A DNA stretch of 62,918 nucleotides, counting the filler, from Choristocarpus tenellus KU-1152 (taxonomy: Eukaryota; Protista; Phaeophyceae), in NCBI GenBank assembly GCA_964200185.2. It is 9 parts of 9 records of this genome, joined end to end, with 100 filler letters (N's around TTAATTAATTAA, not from the genome) between each part and the next. Parts side by side here need not be neighbours in the genome. Positions count along the whole stretch, not along the records: positions 8,884 to 19,778 come from CAXNAD020002646.1; positions 19,879 to 24,467 come from CAXNAD020013885.1; positions 24,568 to 28,179 come from CAXNAD020018957.1; 6 more parts are not named here. One strand, written 5' to 3'. The stretch's first letter is position 1; every line of letters starts with the position of its first letter. This document shows, piece by piece, positions 12,621 to 25,356 of the stretch. A program made the position numbers and the translations under genes. The notes under the pieces are model-generated. The model did not search any database and was not told the origin of the DNA. It saw only the letters and a program-made list of their open reading frames with translations.

Positions 12621-15241
12621 TTACGCTGACTTGTGATCACCGCTGTCAAAAAAACTCCTCATTGTTAGAGGCCAAGTTGCACCTTTAAGGCGGAAGGGGC
12701 GAATCTTTTGGAGGTCATCCTCCCCACCTTCACTGTCATCACTCCTTTTTCTCTTGAGGGGCTGAGAAGGGAATGGGCTAAATGGTCTGCTGTATGGAGG
12801 GATCAGGCTGGACAAGTGGCGCTCAGGTTCACAAATGTGCCGCAAAGCCTTCAAGGGGACAACAGCAGGTTCCACAAGGTCCTCGCAGGCTTCTTCCCCA
12901 TCCTTGGGCCATGAACTGTGGTGGTCCTCCTTCCACCTGTGCTTTCGCTCGTCCTTTTTTCTTAGTTCACAACCCCCTTGCTCAGATGAACAGAACACAG
13001 GCGTTGCATCGTAATACTTCAATGTTGACTGTTGGACCCAACTGTGGTGCCTCCACCAGCTTGGCTTCATGACACACCTAGGCTCATTTCCACCACAGTG
13101 TCCACCCGGGACACTCCCGCCAAGATGAGGGAAGTGGCCTCCCAGTCGGAAGCCTGGCCCTTGACTGGGATCATGTGCCATCCCATAAGGTGTGCAGTGG
13201 TCGTCCCAATCCTGCTCCTGTTTATCATGATCCGTCCCCCCTCCCTTGCATTGCATTCTCTCCCAACTCTTACTATTTCTCCTCCTTGAGCTGCAGAATT
13301 CTAACCTCTCTGTTTGTGTTGTTGACGAATGATATATCGTCTTACCAAAAGATTCAATAGGGATCCTCCTTCTCTTAAGCTCATGGCAATCATCATGAAA
13401 AGTACTTTGGCATTTGTCTCGGTCCCCAGAACATACAAAAAATTCTCCTGAATCCCTCTCTGGACACTGATGTAGCTTTCTGTTTTGAATGTCAAAACAC
13501 CTTTTCCCTGACACAAGATCTGAAAAGTTCCTAGTACCCTTCGATTCCTCAGCCACACTGAATACCCTCTCTTTTCCCTCTGCACCCCCATCGCTCCCCT
13601 TACCCTCCGCACAAATAGTGGGGTTATGTGGTAGGTCATTTTTACCATTAAGTCCTTCATCTGCAAGCACTAGCTCCGCCCCATCCCACACACCAAGACT
13701 TGCCAGCCAACGCTGTTCTAGTGTATGACGCTCTTCACTAGCCTGGCAGGAAGAAAATAGATTTAGGTGTGAACAACAATTCAACATAAAAAATCCTCTT
13801 TGAAGTAGTGGAAGGAAATGTGCTTGTCAGCATGGGAGAGAGCATTTGAAACTGTTACTGTTCATACATGATTTCACCATTGGTCCCATCTGCCCTTCCA
13901 TCATTCTTTTTTGTGGGCCAGATGTAGAACTGTGACACTTTTCAAAATGTGACCACACTGTCAAGGAATCAAGGCTTGTAAATGAGAATATACTATGTTG
14001 CTGCTGCCGCTTGAGTTGAATTCCATCGATCACCAACAACTGCATATTTTCGACGTTCTAATGCCTGATGATAGGCTACATTGGTATCACGTAACCTTGG
14101 CTATTGCACCTTCGTACAGGATAATGGAGAAAATTGTCATGAGACATGAGGTAGCAGGGAATAATAATCCAGAGTACAGAAAGTTGAGGCAGAATGAAAT
14201 TGCATCTCGACCGGAAGAGAGCGTAAGGCCCAGAGAAATGCTGCAGCACTAATACCTTAATAATGTATTTATAAAGAGCCCCTTTACACCCTCACCGCCT
14301 GCGTTCGTTTATCTACGGCTAGTAAAAAGTGGGCGTGCCAATGACCCCACCCATTAATCTTGGCAAAAGACCCACCATAAGGTTGCATCTGAACCACCGA
14401 TAAACAAAATTAGAACATCTAAATAGGCGAAGAGGTTGAGGTATGACGCCCTCATAAGGTGACACCCCCAAGGCAAGTAGAACTCGAAATACTAGAAACA
14501 TCCACTAAAGAAAGGCTAGATACAGATATCTAGAGGGAGGCCAGCATGCTGGTTCATTCACCTGTTTCATCCTAGCTTTACTCTCTCCTTCGATTGGTTT
14601 GAAAGCTCGCCTTCCAATGCAATCACGTCCGATGAACTTCTTGCTTATTCTCATCGGCGAGCACTTTAGCATGGCCGACAAGCACATTCGAAGAGTTGCA
14701 CCGGGCTTTATCGGAAGGAGTCCAAGATCGAAGTCGAGGATTACCCTATTCAGAGAGGGAAGATTAGCTTGCTCAGATTGAGGGTACTTACCGAACACGA
14801 AAGTGAGAGAAGGGTGAGACAGGCGATTTCTTCACACATAGGTGTGCTGTACGTGAAGTGCGTCTCATATCACATCACCCCCACAAAAACACCACAAAAT
14901 CGTTTTTTTTAGAAGGACAAAAAACACTTGAGCAACCATCATATTCACCTTTCTGCGTACTCCTCTTCGGCATGTGTCCATTTTCCAGTGCGAGGTGGAC
15001 CTGGTGGCAAGGTCAGTGTCTTGACTCCATTTTGTGCAGGACTCCTTGAAATGTCACTCAAACTTGTGTTCAAGTGAGGGATGTCAACTCGTTCTACTCC
15101 TTTAACTGAGCATGATACTTGCCACAGTTTACCATCCATCTCCTTCGCTATTTTGGAAGGTGAGGTGTTCTTCCCGTTCATCTGTCGGCCAACCATGGCA
15201 CTATCAGCCGTCCCCCAACTCTTATTGGTGTGATGTACCAT
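12621..15241 (-). CDS. Stramenopile Myb/SANT-like domain protein (GKWT..EE.Y...LL.C.PMRISKKF.G family); 5' end uncertain
   Basis: Exons ~15241-14949, 14745-14562 and 13742-12621 join in frame through GT-AG introns: RTGKWTHAEEEYAER|VILDFDLGLLPIKPGATLRMCLSAMLKCSPMRISKKFIGRDCIGRRAF...MKQ|ASEERHTLEQRW. Confidence 0.8.
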
Positions 15242-16262
15242 TTGAGGTATTCATTGCCCGATTTTCTTGTTTTTGTGATGGTGACGACATCTATTCGATT
15301 TCTTCACATTTACCTACATATACAATAGTATCCTGACTCGAGGTCAAAAGGAACGTCATTAAGTAAATCAATTTTCATTATTGAAGTAAAATTAAATATC
15401 CAACACAAAACAATACAAACCCTTCAACTTCAATCTTCCTAAACCTCTTATATCCATTCACCCCAAACCTACATAAAATGAGTCGAAAGTTATCTCCTAC
15501 ATAGATGTTAGTAAGATCTCTGGCTTGGTGTCCGTTTCTAGATAAAGAACTCGCTTATATGAAGGCTAACCACGGTCTCCAGATATAGGGAAAGAAAAGA
15601 GAGGGAAATTGAGAGAGGAGATTGTACCACACCTTCTATACATGAATTCAGGAACAGAGAGTTGGCCGTGGTTTGAATGTTCGAACCATGTCTACGAACG
15701 TCAAGAACGAAGTGGTTCATGCGGTGGTATTGATGCAACAGGTTTGGGCTTGTGGATAGGATATGATTAGACTCCAAAAGACAATTCGATGTGATTTCTC
15801 GCCATCATGAACTCTGAGTCCTCTTACACAGTGTTCTGAAGTGGCAGGGATATGAGTAGGGGTAGGTATGGAGTGAGTTTGGCAACGAGGGCGTCAATCC
15901 TTAAACAGGTCGCCCATGAAGTAGAGTACCTTGGTGAGCCGATGAAGGTCCAGTTACTCACGGTAGAATATTAAGCTGAAATCACCTTTGTTTTGTGATA
16001 TATTCCCCACCCTAAGAGGCCTTATAGACAGACAGTGAAGGATGATTTCTAAACGAAGCCGCACACTGAGGTGCTGCAGATCGCCCTTTCAACACCTTTT
16101 TCAGTGTACCCGAAGAGAAAGGGTTCCATAACCTCAGGGAGATGATGTACCTTCGTCTTCATGGCAATCGCGCTGGTCAAGTCAATTGCCAACTCGTACT
16201 CAACATGAGGTGCACTCTGTCCTAATGATCGGAATCGGATCGAAATATCGGATCGACATCGG

Positions 16263-16293
<31 letters not shown>

Positions 16294-16499
16294 TGCTTCT
16301 TGATCAGATACCTCCCAATCGTAGAAGTCCTAATGTGGGTAGGCTCTTACCGCTTGAGATCTGAACTGATGGGTGTGGTTAGTGCAAAGATACTCCTGAC
16401 AGCAGAGGAAAGAGCGGCAAAGATATCTCTGACGGACCTGGCAATGTCAGCAACATGGCACCTTCCTAAATAGTCCCATTTGTCAGAAGCTGCTTTTGA

Positions 16500-17960
16500 A
16501 GCAGTCCATCTCCAACATATTTGCCAGAAGGGTTGTGTGGAAGTGAATCAAGCTCAAGCAAGCTTCTTACAGTCCTACGAGGAACAGGAAAGGGTGTAGA
16601 AACCACACTGCACAAACAACCTAAAAGTAATTTTCAAAAAGACGTCGAAGAAGGCTGGAAAGCAGCTCAAATGGGTGAGGGTGCCTATGCCTCACAGGAG
16701 TTCCTTAACACCTACACCAGGGACATGGGAAATTGTCTTCACTCTGGGGACCAAGCAAGCTGGTTCTGCCAACACCTGATGAAATGGTTCAAGGTAGAGA
16801 GCCAGAAATAGTGCCTCTCATCACATCCGTCACAGATCTGGCAGGCTATATGTAGAGAGCAAGCACTCATAACAGAACGGTGGAGGCGACACTTTGAAGT
16901 GTTCCTAAAGGACAAGTCGGTCTATCTAATCCCTCATAGTACCTCTAAGTCCTCAGGCAACAATCCACCGCGTGCATGGCATTCACTGGTGCTCTAACAC
17001 TGGTGGAAATGGCTGGAGCAATCTGGGAAATGGGAAATGGGAAGATGATGGGTCCAGGTAGTCTTTCAGCTGTCCTGAAACTTGGCCTAAAGGAGGACAA
17101 GGCTATCCTACGGAGTTTCCACAAGATTGTGTTGGGTGTGTGTGACCAGGAAGATGTGCCACAGTCATCACTGTACTCTGCACAACAAGAACAAGGATTG
17201 GACAGAGCCAACCAATTGAGAGGTAGGCAGGGTTGCATTTTAAGGATCCCGAGAAAAGGCAAGAAAACGCCGTTTTGTACAATTGCAGAAAGAGCCTTTG
17301 CTGAATTGTGGTGTCACTTTGTGTGAGAAAAGGGGGAATATCACTATAGCGTACACTATTGTGCACATCAAATAATGCAATATAGTGTGTTGCACAGAAT
17401 AAGAAGTATAACTTAGAATGCAAAAGGGTCCAAACCTGCCTACCTCTCATTGGTTTGGCTCACAGGTTGTGGCAACTACAAGGGCATCTTATTGGTGGCA
17501 CATGACGGCAAAGTGATACCTAAGGGTGTTTACCAGTGACTGAGAGATTACCTGGAACAGGACAACATACTCCATGAGGAATAGTGTGGTTACCACACCA
17601 CTCACAGTTCAAGTGACACGATGAAAGCTGTAGGTGGCCTCCAAGAGCTTGACCAGGAGAAGTGGGTGCATCTGTTTTGTGTCTTACTTACCTACAGAAA
17701 GCAAATGACTATGTTGACTGCGATCTCCTGTGGGCTATGCTTGCTGAGTATCAATTGCCTGAGAAGATGATCTCGGTCATCAACCACTTTTATGATGGGA
17801 TATGATGGGTGTGTCTTCGCATGAGTGATAAAGATTATACAGACTAGTTTGAGGTTGGATGGACAGGACCCTCGACATAGCTATGTTCTTCCACCCTGTT
17901 AATATCTTCTTTACTTCAGCGCTAAGCGTAAATGGTTAAGGAGTTCACCTCTTCAGACCC
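16500..17960 (+). pseudogene. Degenerate RTE-type LINE reverse transcriptase
   Basis: GKMMGPGSLSAVLKLGL...FHKIVLGV..EDVPQ, then after the MITE CGNYKGILLVAHDGKV...NILHEE*CGY, followed by KAYD-like, FYDG and NIFF remnants. Confidence 0.85.
17205..17461 (-). mobile_element. MITE family D inserted in the LINE relic
   Basis: TIRs GAGCCAACCAATTGAGAGGTAGGCAG / CTGCCTACCTCTCATTGGTTTGGCTC; 3-bp TSD ACA. Confidence 0.9.
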
Positions 17961-19738
17961 TAGAGACATCCCCAAGAATCTTTGGGGTAAGAGATTGGTC
18001 ACAAACTAGGTCAGAGGAGGTCATTTGAGCAGCTCCTTTTGTAGGATATGCATCATGCTGCTGATTGGGGCATCTTGTCTATCCCAAGGAAGATTAACCA
18101 GGATAATGATGATGGTTATAATAGCAGTTTGTCGAGTGTTCATTATTACAGATCCTTGTATCAATACGCCCACAAACGAGATGAGCATGAATAACAAACG
18201 TTTGATGCATACACATACCTTGTTGTGTAGGAAGGTTCACAGGGGCAAAGTATACATACATAACACAGAGAAGCAGTAAACAATACATGCTTAACTGTGT
18301 AGGAACGCATAGGGGGCGATAAAGGATAAATATGCAGTTGTGAATAGATGTACTGATTGAGGATATTACTATTGTTCCAGTCAATCCACTAACAAATGAT
18401 CAACAATAATGCACACTCGAAAACAATAAATCTGAAGAATCGATAAATAATGAAGTGAATATTTTACTGTACTATTGTACTGTGTAAATAATTAGAAACT
18501 TGGTCACAATACGTTTGGCAACAGGCTGAGAGCGATCTCTCATGAGAGCACACAAGGCTCACCGCAACTTGAAGCAGTGCTAAACTCTACAAGCGAGTTT
18601 ATATTAATTATGACCAGCCTCTCAACCTCAAATGAACAATCAATCCTGTGTGACACTGATATGTTAGAAGCAAGTTCAGCAAGAAGTATGGTTGACTGGT
18701 CAGTCTAATTGCAAACAACCATACATATATACGGAGATTAAACACACACTATTTTGCTCAAGCATACGGTATTCTTGAGGTAGAAGCTAAAAATGCATCT
18801 GTGTTCCTCATGACTGAACATTTTTTTTTTTTCGTACTCTCCTGCTACTACCATATTTCTCAAACTGAGAGGAGATGAAAAAAACTCCTCCTGGCCTCGC
18901 TTCTACGGGGGATACATATACATCTGTGGTGTGGTTAAACCATCAGATCGTCCTCTGTTGTATTCCTCACAGTAACATGTGATGGTTTGTTTGCCACAGA
19001 CTATGTGCAGATTATTGAACCGATAGTGTGATAAGAGAGAGAAAAATGTCAACCCAAGTCAGGAAATGGGCACACTCTCTATGCCCCATAAAAAGCCTTT
19101 GATCAACTGCACAAATAACATCCCAGGAACATAATGTCATACCTGAGTGAGGGGGACTTACTGAGTGTGATAATTCATATTTCTTTTTGAGGCAGACACA
19201 TGTGTGCATAGCGACACACACAGATTGCAATACATCGACACAGCACCTGCTCTGGGGCACTACAGAGTATTTCCATTTGGTAAGCGCTACTAGAGCGAGT
19301 ACTGGTTGCTAACAGAATAAATGTCTCACTGATGAACCTGCACTGATGCCCAAGTCCACCAGCCACAATAGAGAGAAAATTTGAACTATTGCAACTCTTT
19401 ACGTCCTTGTCTCTGCTGTGTGTTACTGGTGCTAACAACTCCCCACTCACTGCTACTTATCTAGGCACATCGAGATGTCTGCTCCTCATCACTCGAAATA
19501 TTTTGTGAGGATGTTTCTTGCTTACAAAGTCTTGCACACCCTAACCCATGCCTCAGGTGACAAGAAAACACTTTTTGCATCAGTCCTGCACCATCAACGA
19601 AACAAGGGGCTAACCAGTCACCACCACAGGCTGTCTCATTCCAATCGGAATGTATCAGAGAAAAAAAATCTCTGTACCTATGAGGAGGTAGGTACAAAAT
19701 TTATTGCCTTAACACTAGGCAGTCTCCCCTGCTCCCCC

Positions 19739-19778
<40 letters not shown>

Positions 19779-19878
19779 NNNNNNNNNNNNNNNNNNNNNN
19801 NNNNNNNNNNNNNNNNNNNNNNTTAATTAATTAANNNNNNNNNNNNNNNNNNNNNNNNNNNNNNNNNNNNNNNNNNNN
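19779..19878. other. Artificial contig spacer
   Basis: N44-TTAATTAATTAA-N44. Confidence 0.97.
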
Positions 19879-21699
19879 AAAGGAGTGATGTACTCTGCTT
19901 ATGTTCCCCCCCTGCCCGTGCATATCTCGTGAGCCTCCATTCCCATCCTCGATCGCCTCCACCTCGTCCCCATGTGGGCCCATTCCGTTCTCTGTCCATC
20001 CTTCTCCATTCTGCAAAATCGAGACCTGGGTATCTATTCCTGGAGGCGGGTTTATCCTTCCACTTATATTCGGTCCTTGCCCTTGCCTGTCTCGTGTACC
20101 ATCGTTGCCTTCCTCCATTACTTCCCTTGTTTATTATCATAGGTGTACGTGGTATGTTTGATAGCATGTCATACCCTTTCGCCGCCTCAGCTGAAACCCC
20201 GATTGTCAGGCAGGAACTGGAACTACCTCACCAGGACAGGACGTCTATGCATGAAGAAGTATCAAGCCAAACTTCACTGCCACACCAAGAGGTTGTCAAC
20301 AGTGTACTACTGGCAGCCCTCGCGCAGATGCTTCAACCTGTTTTAACCCGAACTCCTCGCATGCTGTCCGTGCTGCCTTAAACAGCCAACCTGCTTCCTT
20401 TCCTGGGAAACACGGGACCTCGTTCACTCCAAGAAACAGTGCATCTAAACCCGTTCGACCTGTCACATCCGTTCCCCAGCCTGAGCTTCGATCCCCACTT
20501 TCTTCAGCCACAGACAGGGCGAGTGATGGAAGTCGACACCATTCGGGAAAAACTTACCCCCATCGTCTGCATCCCAGGACGAAGTCGATAAATGGCCAAA
20601 GGCACACTAAGATTGCTTTCATCATGCCTATGGTCAAGACTGCTTTAGGTCCATGACCGGCGAGTGCAGTATACACACGATGACTCGGTAGTTCTGAAGG
20701 GATACTTCTCATACATTTCAAGAACCCACCAAAGATGTCCGGGTACTAAATCCACTGCAGAGTCACGTACGATGGTAGCCTTAACAGATACACATCTCCA
20801 ATACCTAGCAGCGAGGCAAGACTCGGAACTCCCTCCCCTATTCGCCAGAAGTCCTACCGATTCGGATGCTTCAGAGTCGTCTTGAAGATGATGCACCCTG
20901 GAATCTGAGGCTCCAGGGATCTCCGCCATTTCAACTATAGATAGTAAGACTCCCATTCCCACCTCGACAATATTTGCCATGACACCTGCCCATTGTACTA
21001 GCCAAGTATGGATATCTGCCCTTCTAGGGCATCCACGCAAAGTCCACTCGAGAATGCTTGTCCAGGTACTCCTTGACACAGGTGTAGGAGGGGGGAATTA
21101 CGTCTCGTCTGTTTTTTGGGGGGTGGCAGCGGCTTACCACATCTCAACATAGCAAGTAGAGGTTCCTTACATGAGGCAAACCCCAGAGGGTGCAATATTC
21201 CACCAATGCAGGTATTGGGGGGTCATGCAAACTTCCAATAGCGTTTCCCCCAGAGGATAAAGTGCGAATGTGACATTTAAGATAGAGGTGTGGCTGCCTT
21301 ACGAAATTGTTTTAGGAGCAACATTTTGTAGACAAAACACCAGAAAATACTATCATTTAGAGAAGGTCAAGACTTCCAACCATCCTCACACTCTCCATGG
21401 GAAGCGTTTGTCCGAGTTCAAACACCCAGATCCTGCAGTAGCAGCGTACTCTTGTCAGACCTTAGCAAATGGCATTGTAGTACAAAGGAAAGTTCTAAGA
21501 TGAATAGTTGTCAGACTGGATAACAAAAAAAGAAGCAGTGAACAGCTTACCTCACTACGGTTGGAGTTTATCATGCCTTATAGGACCTTCACAATCCTTA
21601 CACAAGACTACACCCAACTACTGTTCCCACCCAAGAAAGACTCTTGCCCCGAGAGGGTGTGTTACGTCTCTCCGCTATAGGTACCAGTGTCAACAGGTC

Positions 21700-21901
21700 G
21701 TGGAAGGAGTGAATTCTCCTGGTTTTGGACCAAATGGTCACTCTAGTGTAGACCCCCCCACCCCCCCCCCCCCCCCCCACATACGTGGCGTTTGTCNNNN
21801 NNNNNNACAGGGGGGGGGAGGGGTGAATCCTCCGGGTTTTGTCCCAAATTGGCCCTCTTGTGTGGGCCCCCCCCCCCCCCCCCCTCCAGATACTTTGGGT
21901 C
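21700..21901. mobile_element. MITE family C right end, duplicated around a 10-N gap
   Basis: Two similar segments flank N 21797-21806; ends C(n)-AGATACTTTGGGTC; probably a local misassembly. Confidence 0.65.
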
Positions 21902-22888
21902 TCTGAAAGAGGAAGAAACAGAGTGGTACACAGGTCGAGTTTTGACTTGAAGTCACCCTACTGGAGGGCACGGTTGAAGGATGGAGATTAGGAGGAATTC
22001 AACAGGAGAAGAGATAAGTGACTTTCTCAAGAATACCTCCCAGCAGGTACACCTGAAGGACAAGGTTAGGATTAGCTGGTGTATGCCAGAACAAGAGATC
22101 AAGGCATTGATATTCATTGTCACTGAAGGGAACGTAGGATAGCATAAGTTGGAATCAAGAAGCCACCCACATCAGAGCACATAGTAATATATCCGGGTTG
22201 TATATAGCCTGTAGTGTGTTGTTTTGAAAAAAAATACAATACATTACTTTTTCCCCCATCTTTTCTATTTTGTACCTGCTTTCTGTGATCTTGATTTTTT
22301 CACTTCTGTTTTTCTGAAGATTTTAATTTATTTTCTTGGTTCTGATCCGTCTTCTTTTCTTTTTTTTCTCATTTTTTGTTGCTCTCATTAGCCACCACTA
22401 TTTCGTTTCTTTACTCTTATTTTTTGTCATGCCCTGTTTTGCACACTAGCAGCCTTGAGTGTATTTTGTGCTTGGAACGCGTAGGACAGTCAATCAAGAG
22501 GTATCTAGTAGGTCATGAATAGCATAGGGGTTGTGAGTCTATTCCTTGATATCACTTACGATGCACACACGGAATAGAACCTTGCACTGTATGGAAAGAA
22601 ACCCATGCATGTACATTACCTACATTTGTGATTGGGAAGGTTGGAACAGAGGACCCATTAATTGTAGGTCTAATCAGAACTATATACTTTGTAAAATTTG
22701 AAGGTCTGGTTCAGAAAGAACAAGTGCATGCTTGGATTAGGGCATAAGCAATTTGTTGGGGATTGTATTCTGTGACCTGGTGGGCAGATACTTTCAAAGG
22801 GAACATGGATATATATTAAGCACATTTGGGATTAGGGGAATCGGAACTGGGGACATATTTATTTTAGGCCATGCCAGAGATGCAGAGA

Positions 22889-23061
22889 TGCTGCAGCAAT
22901 AGCCAAAATTACATCAAAATCACGACATTGGATTTCGACTCCCAAACGGACGAAGCACTACCCTTCAGAATGCTGCAGCAATAGCCAAAATTACATCAAA
23001 ATCGCAACATTGGATTTCGACCCCCAAACGGACGAAGCACTACCGTTCAGGATGCTTTGAC
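22889..23061 (-). repeat. Tandem duplication (~82 bp x2) of a MITE family A end
   Basis: ATGCTGCAGCAATAGCCAAAATTACATCAAAATC...AAACGGACGAAGCACTACC occurs twice, then GATGCTTTGACT. Confidence 0.8.
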
Positions 23062-24467
23062 TATCTTAACCCGTGACAATCGCCTGTGGTAAGCGTGAAA
23101 GATGTATACCTAGTTCACGCTAGGGGGCATGTTGCAGGTGAATAGCGCAAGTATTTCTTCCTGCACTCTTATAGGCGCGAGCATTATACATGTGTGGGAA
23201 ACCGATCTTTCCAATCACAAGTGTGATGCGTGCATATCTTGGCTTCCTTTGGGAATGTCCCTCCTAAAGGTCACAGGATACAATTACACACAATTTGCGT
23301 CTAGCCTGACCAGGTAACACACTTGTTCCTTGTGAGGGTGCGGTCCAAAGGTTACTGGGAATATACATATCTCATTTGACTTACAATAAAAGGGTCCCCA
23401 GTTCCGATTTTCTCATGTCATACCTGAACGTCCTTGGGATAAAAAATTAATCTGTCTTGTTCAGTTCCTCCCAATTTCCCACTTCATAAGGTACCATCCA
23501 ATACGGTGACTTGAAATCAAAACCTTTTCCTGAGTATCAAGTGTCAATTCCTCTTTTGTCTTTCCACGACTTCTTGACACAGGTACCTGCGGGTCACAGA
23601 CAAAGCACACCTTGTACTCCCCTAGCCACTTGCGAATGAATTGTGACTAATCGAACTGCCGGTTGCTTCTGTACCTGAAAGCAATGATTTCAACGAAGGA
23701 GAACACAAACAAGCCGTGAGGGAACCAACGGACGACGGGGGTGAGTATGTGAATCGGGTGAGATCTACTCTATAGAAAATGGAGACATGCATAACACGCA
23801 GCATCAATGCTGACAGCATCCCTGTGCATAATCTCGAGACCTCAAGAGAATGGACTAGGGCACAGGTCATTAGTGCGACTCAGTGGACACATTAAGGCGA
23901 TCCACACTATTGCCTAGCCTCAAGGTTGTAAAGAGAAACACTGATGCCATGTACTCCAGCCAAGCCCATTGATGCCCCAGCTCCATTCCTCACTAAGGGT
24001 GAGCCACAGATGCAACAACGCAGATCCTTTCCCCCCAATTGAAGAGCACCTGCGTAAGAATTGGTATCAGAAAAAAGTGAGATGCGTTGATCTCTTTTAT
24101 CATCATCTACAGTTTATTTGTTGTGGTTTATAGATGTTGAAATACGTCTGAAAATGGTTGCATGCATTCCCAAGTTACAGATCTTACTCTGCAACTTTTA
24201 GAAAATCGGAGTTCCCCCTTTTTAGGGTTCCACACGTGCGTACACTGCTGACGTTGGTTAGAGCGCGAGAAGAAGTACGTTCACTATTCAACCGTGGATT
24301 TTAAAAATTGAGGATGGGAGTGTACTATTGAGGATGGTTTTGACCGAAAATGGTGCGGAAAAAGTGCCGATACATACATATTTTTGTAAATGTTGCGGCA
24401 CTTTTTAAGGGTCCCTTTTTGAATGGGAATCCGTGCCGGATGTGGTAGTAGTACAGTGTGTGGGGGG

Positions 24468-24567
24468 NNNNNNNNNNNNNNNNNNNNNNNNNNNNNNNNN
24501 NNNNNNNNNNNTTAATTAATTAANNNNNNNNNNNNNNNNNNNNNNNNNNNNNNNNNNNNNNNNNNNN
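24468..24567. other. Artificial contig spacer
   Basis: N44-TTAATTAATTAA-N44. Confidence 0.97.
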
Positions 24568-24630
24568 CTAATTTTGGTTCAAATGGACACCCTAGTGTAG
24601 ACCCCCCCACCCTCCCAGATACTTTGGGTC
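24568..24630. mobile_element. Partial MITE family C at contig start
   Basis: AAATGGACACCCTAGTGTAGAC-C(n)-AGATACTTTGGGTC. Confidence 0.75.
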
Positions 24631-25177
24631 AGGTTTATGATTGGAGTACGTATAGAGCAGTTGCATAGAAGACCAAAAATAAATTGTGTGGATGATGAAA
24701 ATAATAAGAGGGCTTTTGGTCAAATCCTTTACCCCTCTTCAAACAGTTTTTTTTTGTCTTGAATGAAACATTGAGTCGAGCTTTGAGCTAAGCACTGAGT
24801 GAAGTATCAAGAGAAAAGGCTGCCTGACACCCAACAAACTGTTACTAAGGGCAACGTCCCCATAGCGTTGTTTTAAGGTCGTTGGACTTGAGTTGTACTA
24901 CATCCTGTGGAGGTGAGTTCTGGGGTGCGCTGTAACATAACCCCTACGTCATAATACCTTCTTTAAAATGTAAACACTGTTTCCTGCGCAGAGAGACAAT
25001 GACTTTGGAAATGTGCAGCGACGGTATATTTGATGGTGCTTTAGCTTGTTGAATAGGTTTGCGCAGGAGAGGCTTGTCGCCATGAGCTGCTGGTGGGTTA
25101 CACGGTGAACATATGCTGACAATTAATTATTCAATGGACAACTGTCTTACCCATCGTGTGATGTACAAACAACGGCT

Positions 25178-25356
25178 GGCTCAAAGTATCTGGGGGGGGT
25201 GGCGGCTGTCTATTTGGGGTCAATTTTTCATGTTGCAATTTTTGTGTGGTTTGGTTGCATACGTCGGGTGGATAATGTAAATGCACTTTTCCTGATTTTG
25301 CCCCAAATGGACACCCTCGTGTAGACCCCCCACCCCTCCCCCAAGATACTTTGGAT
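25178..25356 (+). mobile_element. MITE family C
   Basis: GGCTCAAAGTATCT-G(n)...C(n)-AAGATACTTTGG; reverse complement of 40901-41078. Confidence 0.85.

Noticed and set aside
20880-21260. DIRS-like reverse transcriptase remnant (similar hints near 27000-27220)
   Set aside because: Only loose PLGF and DVAFR-like words are present, with no convincing YxDD in frame
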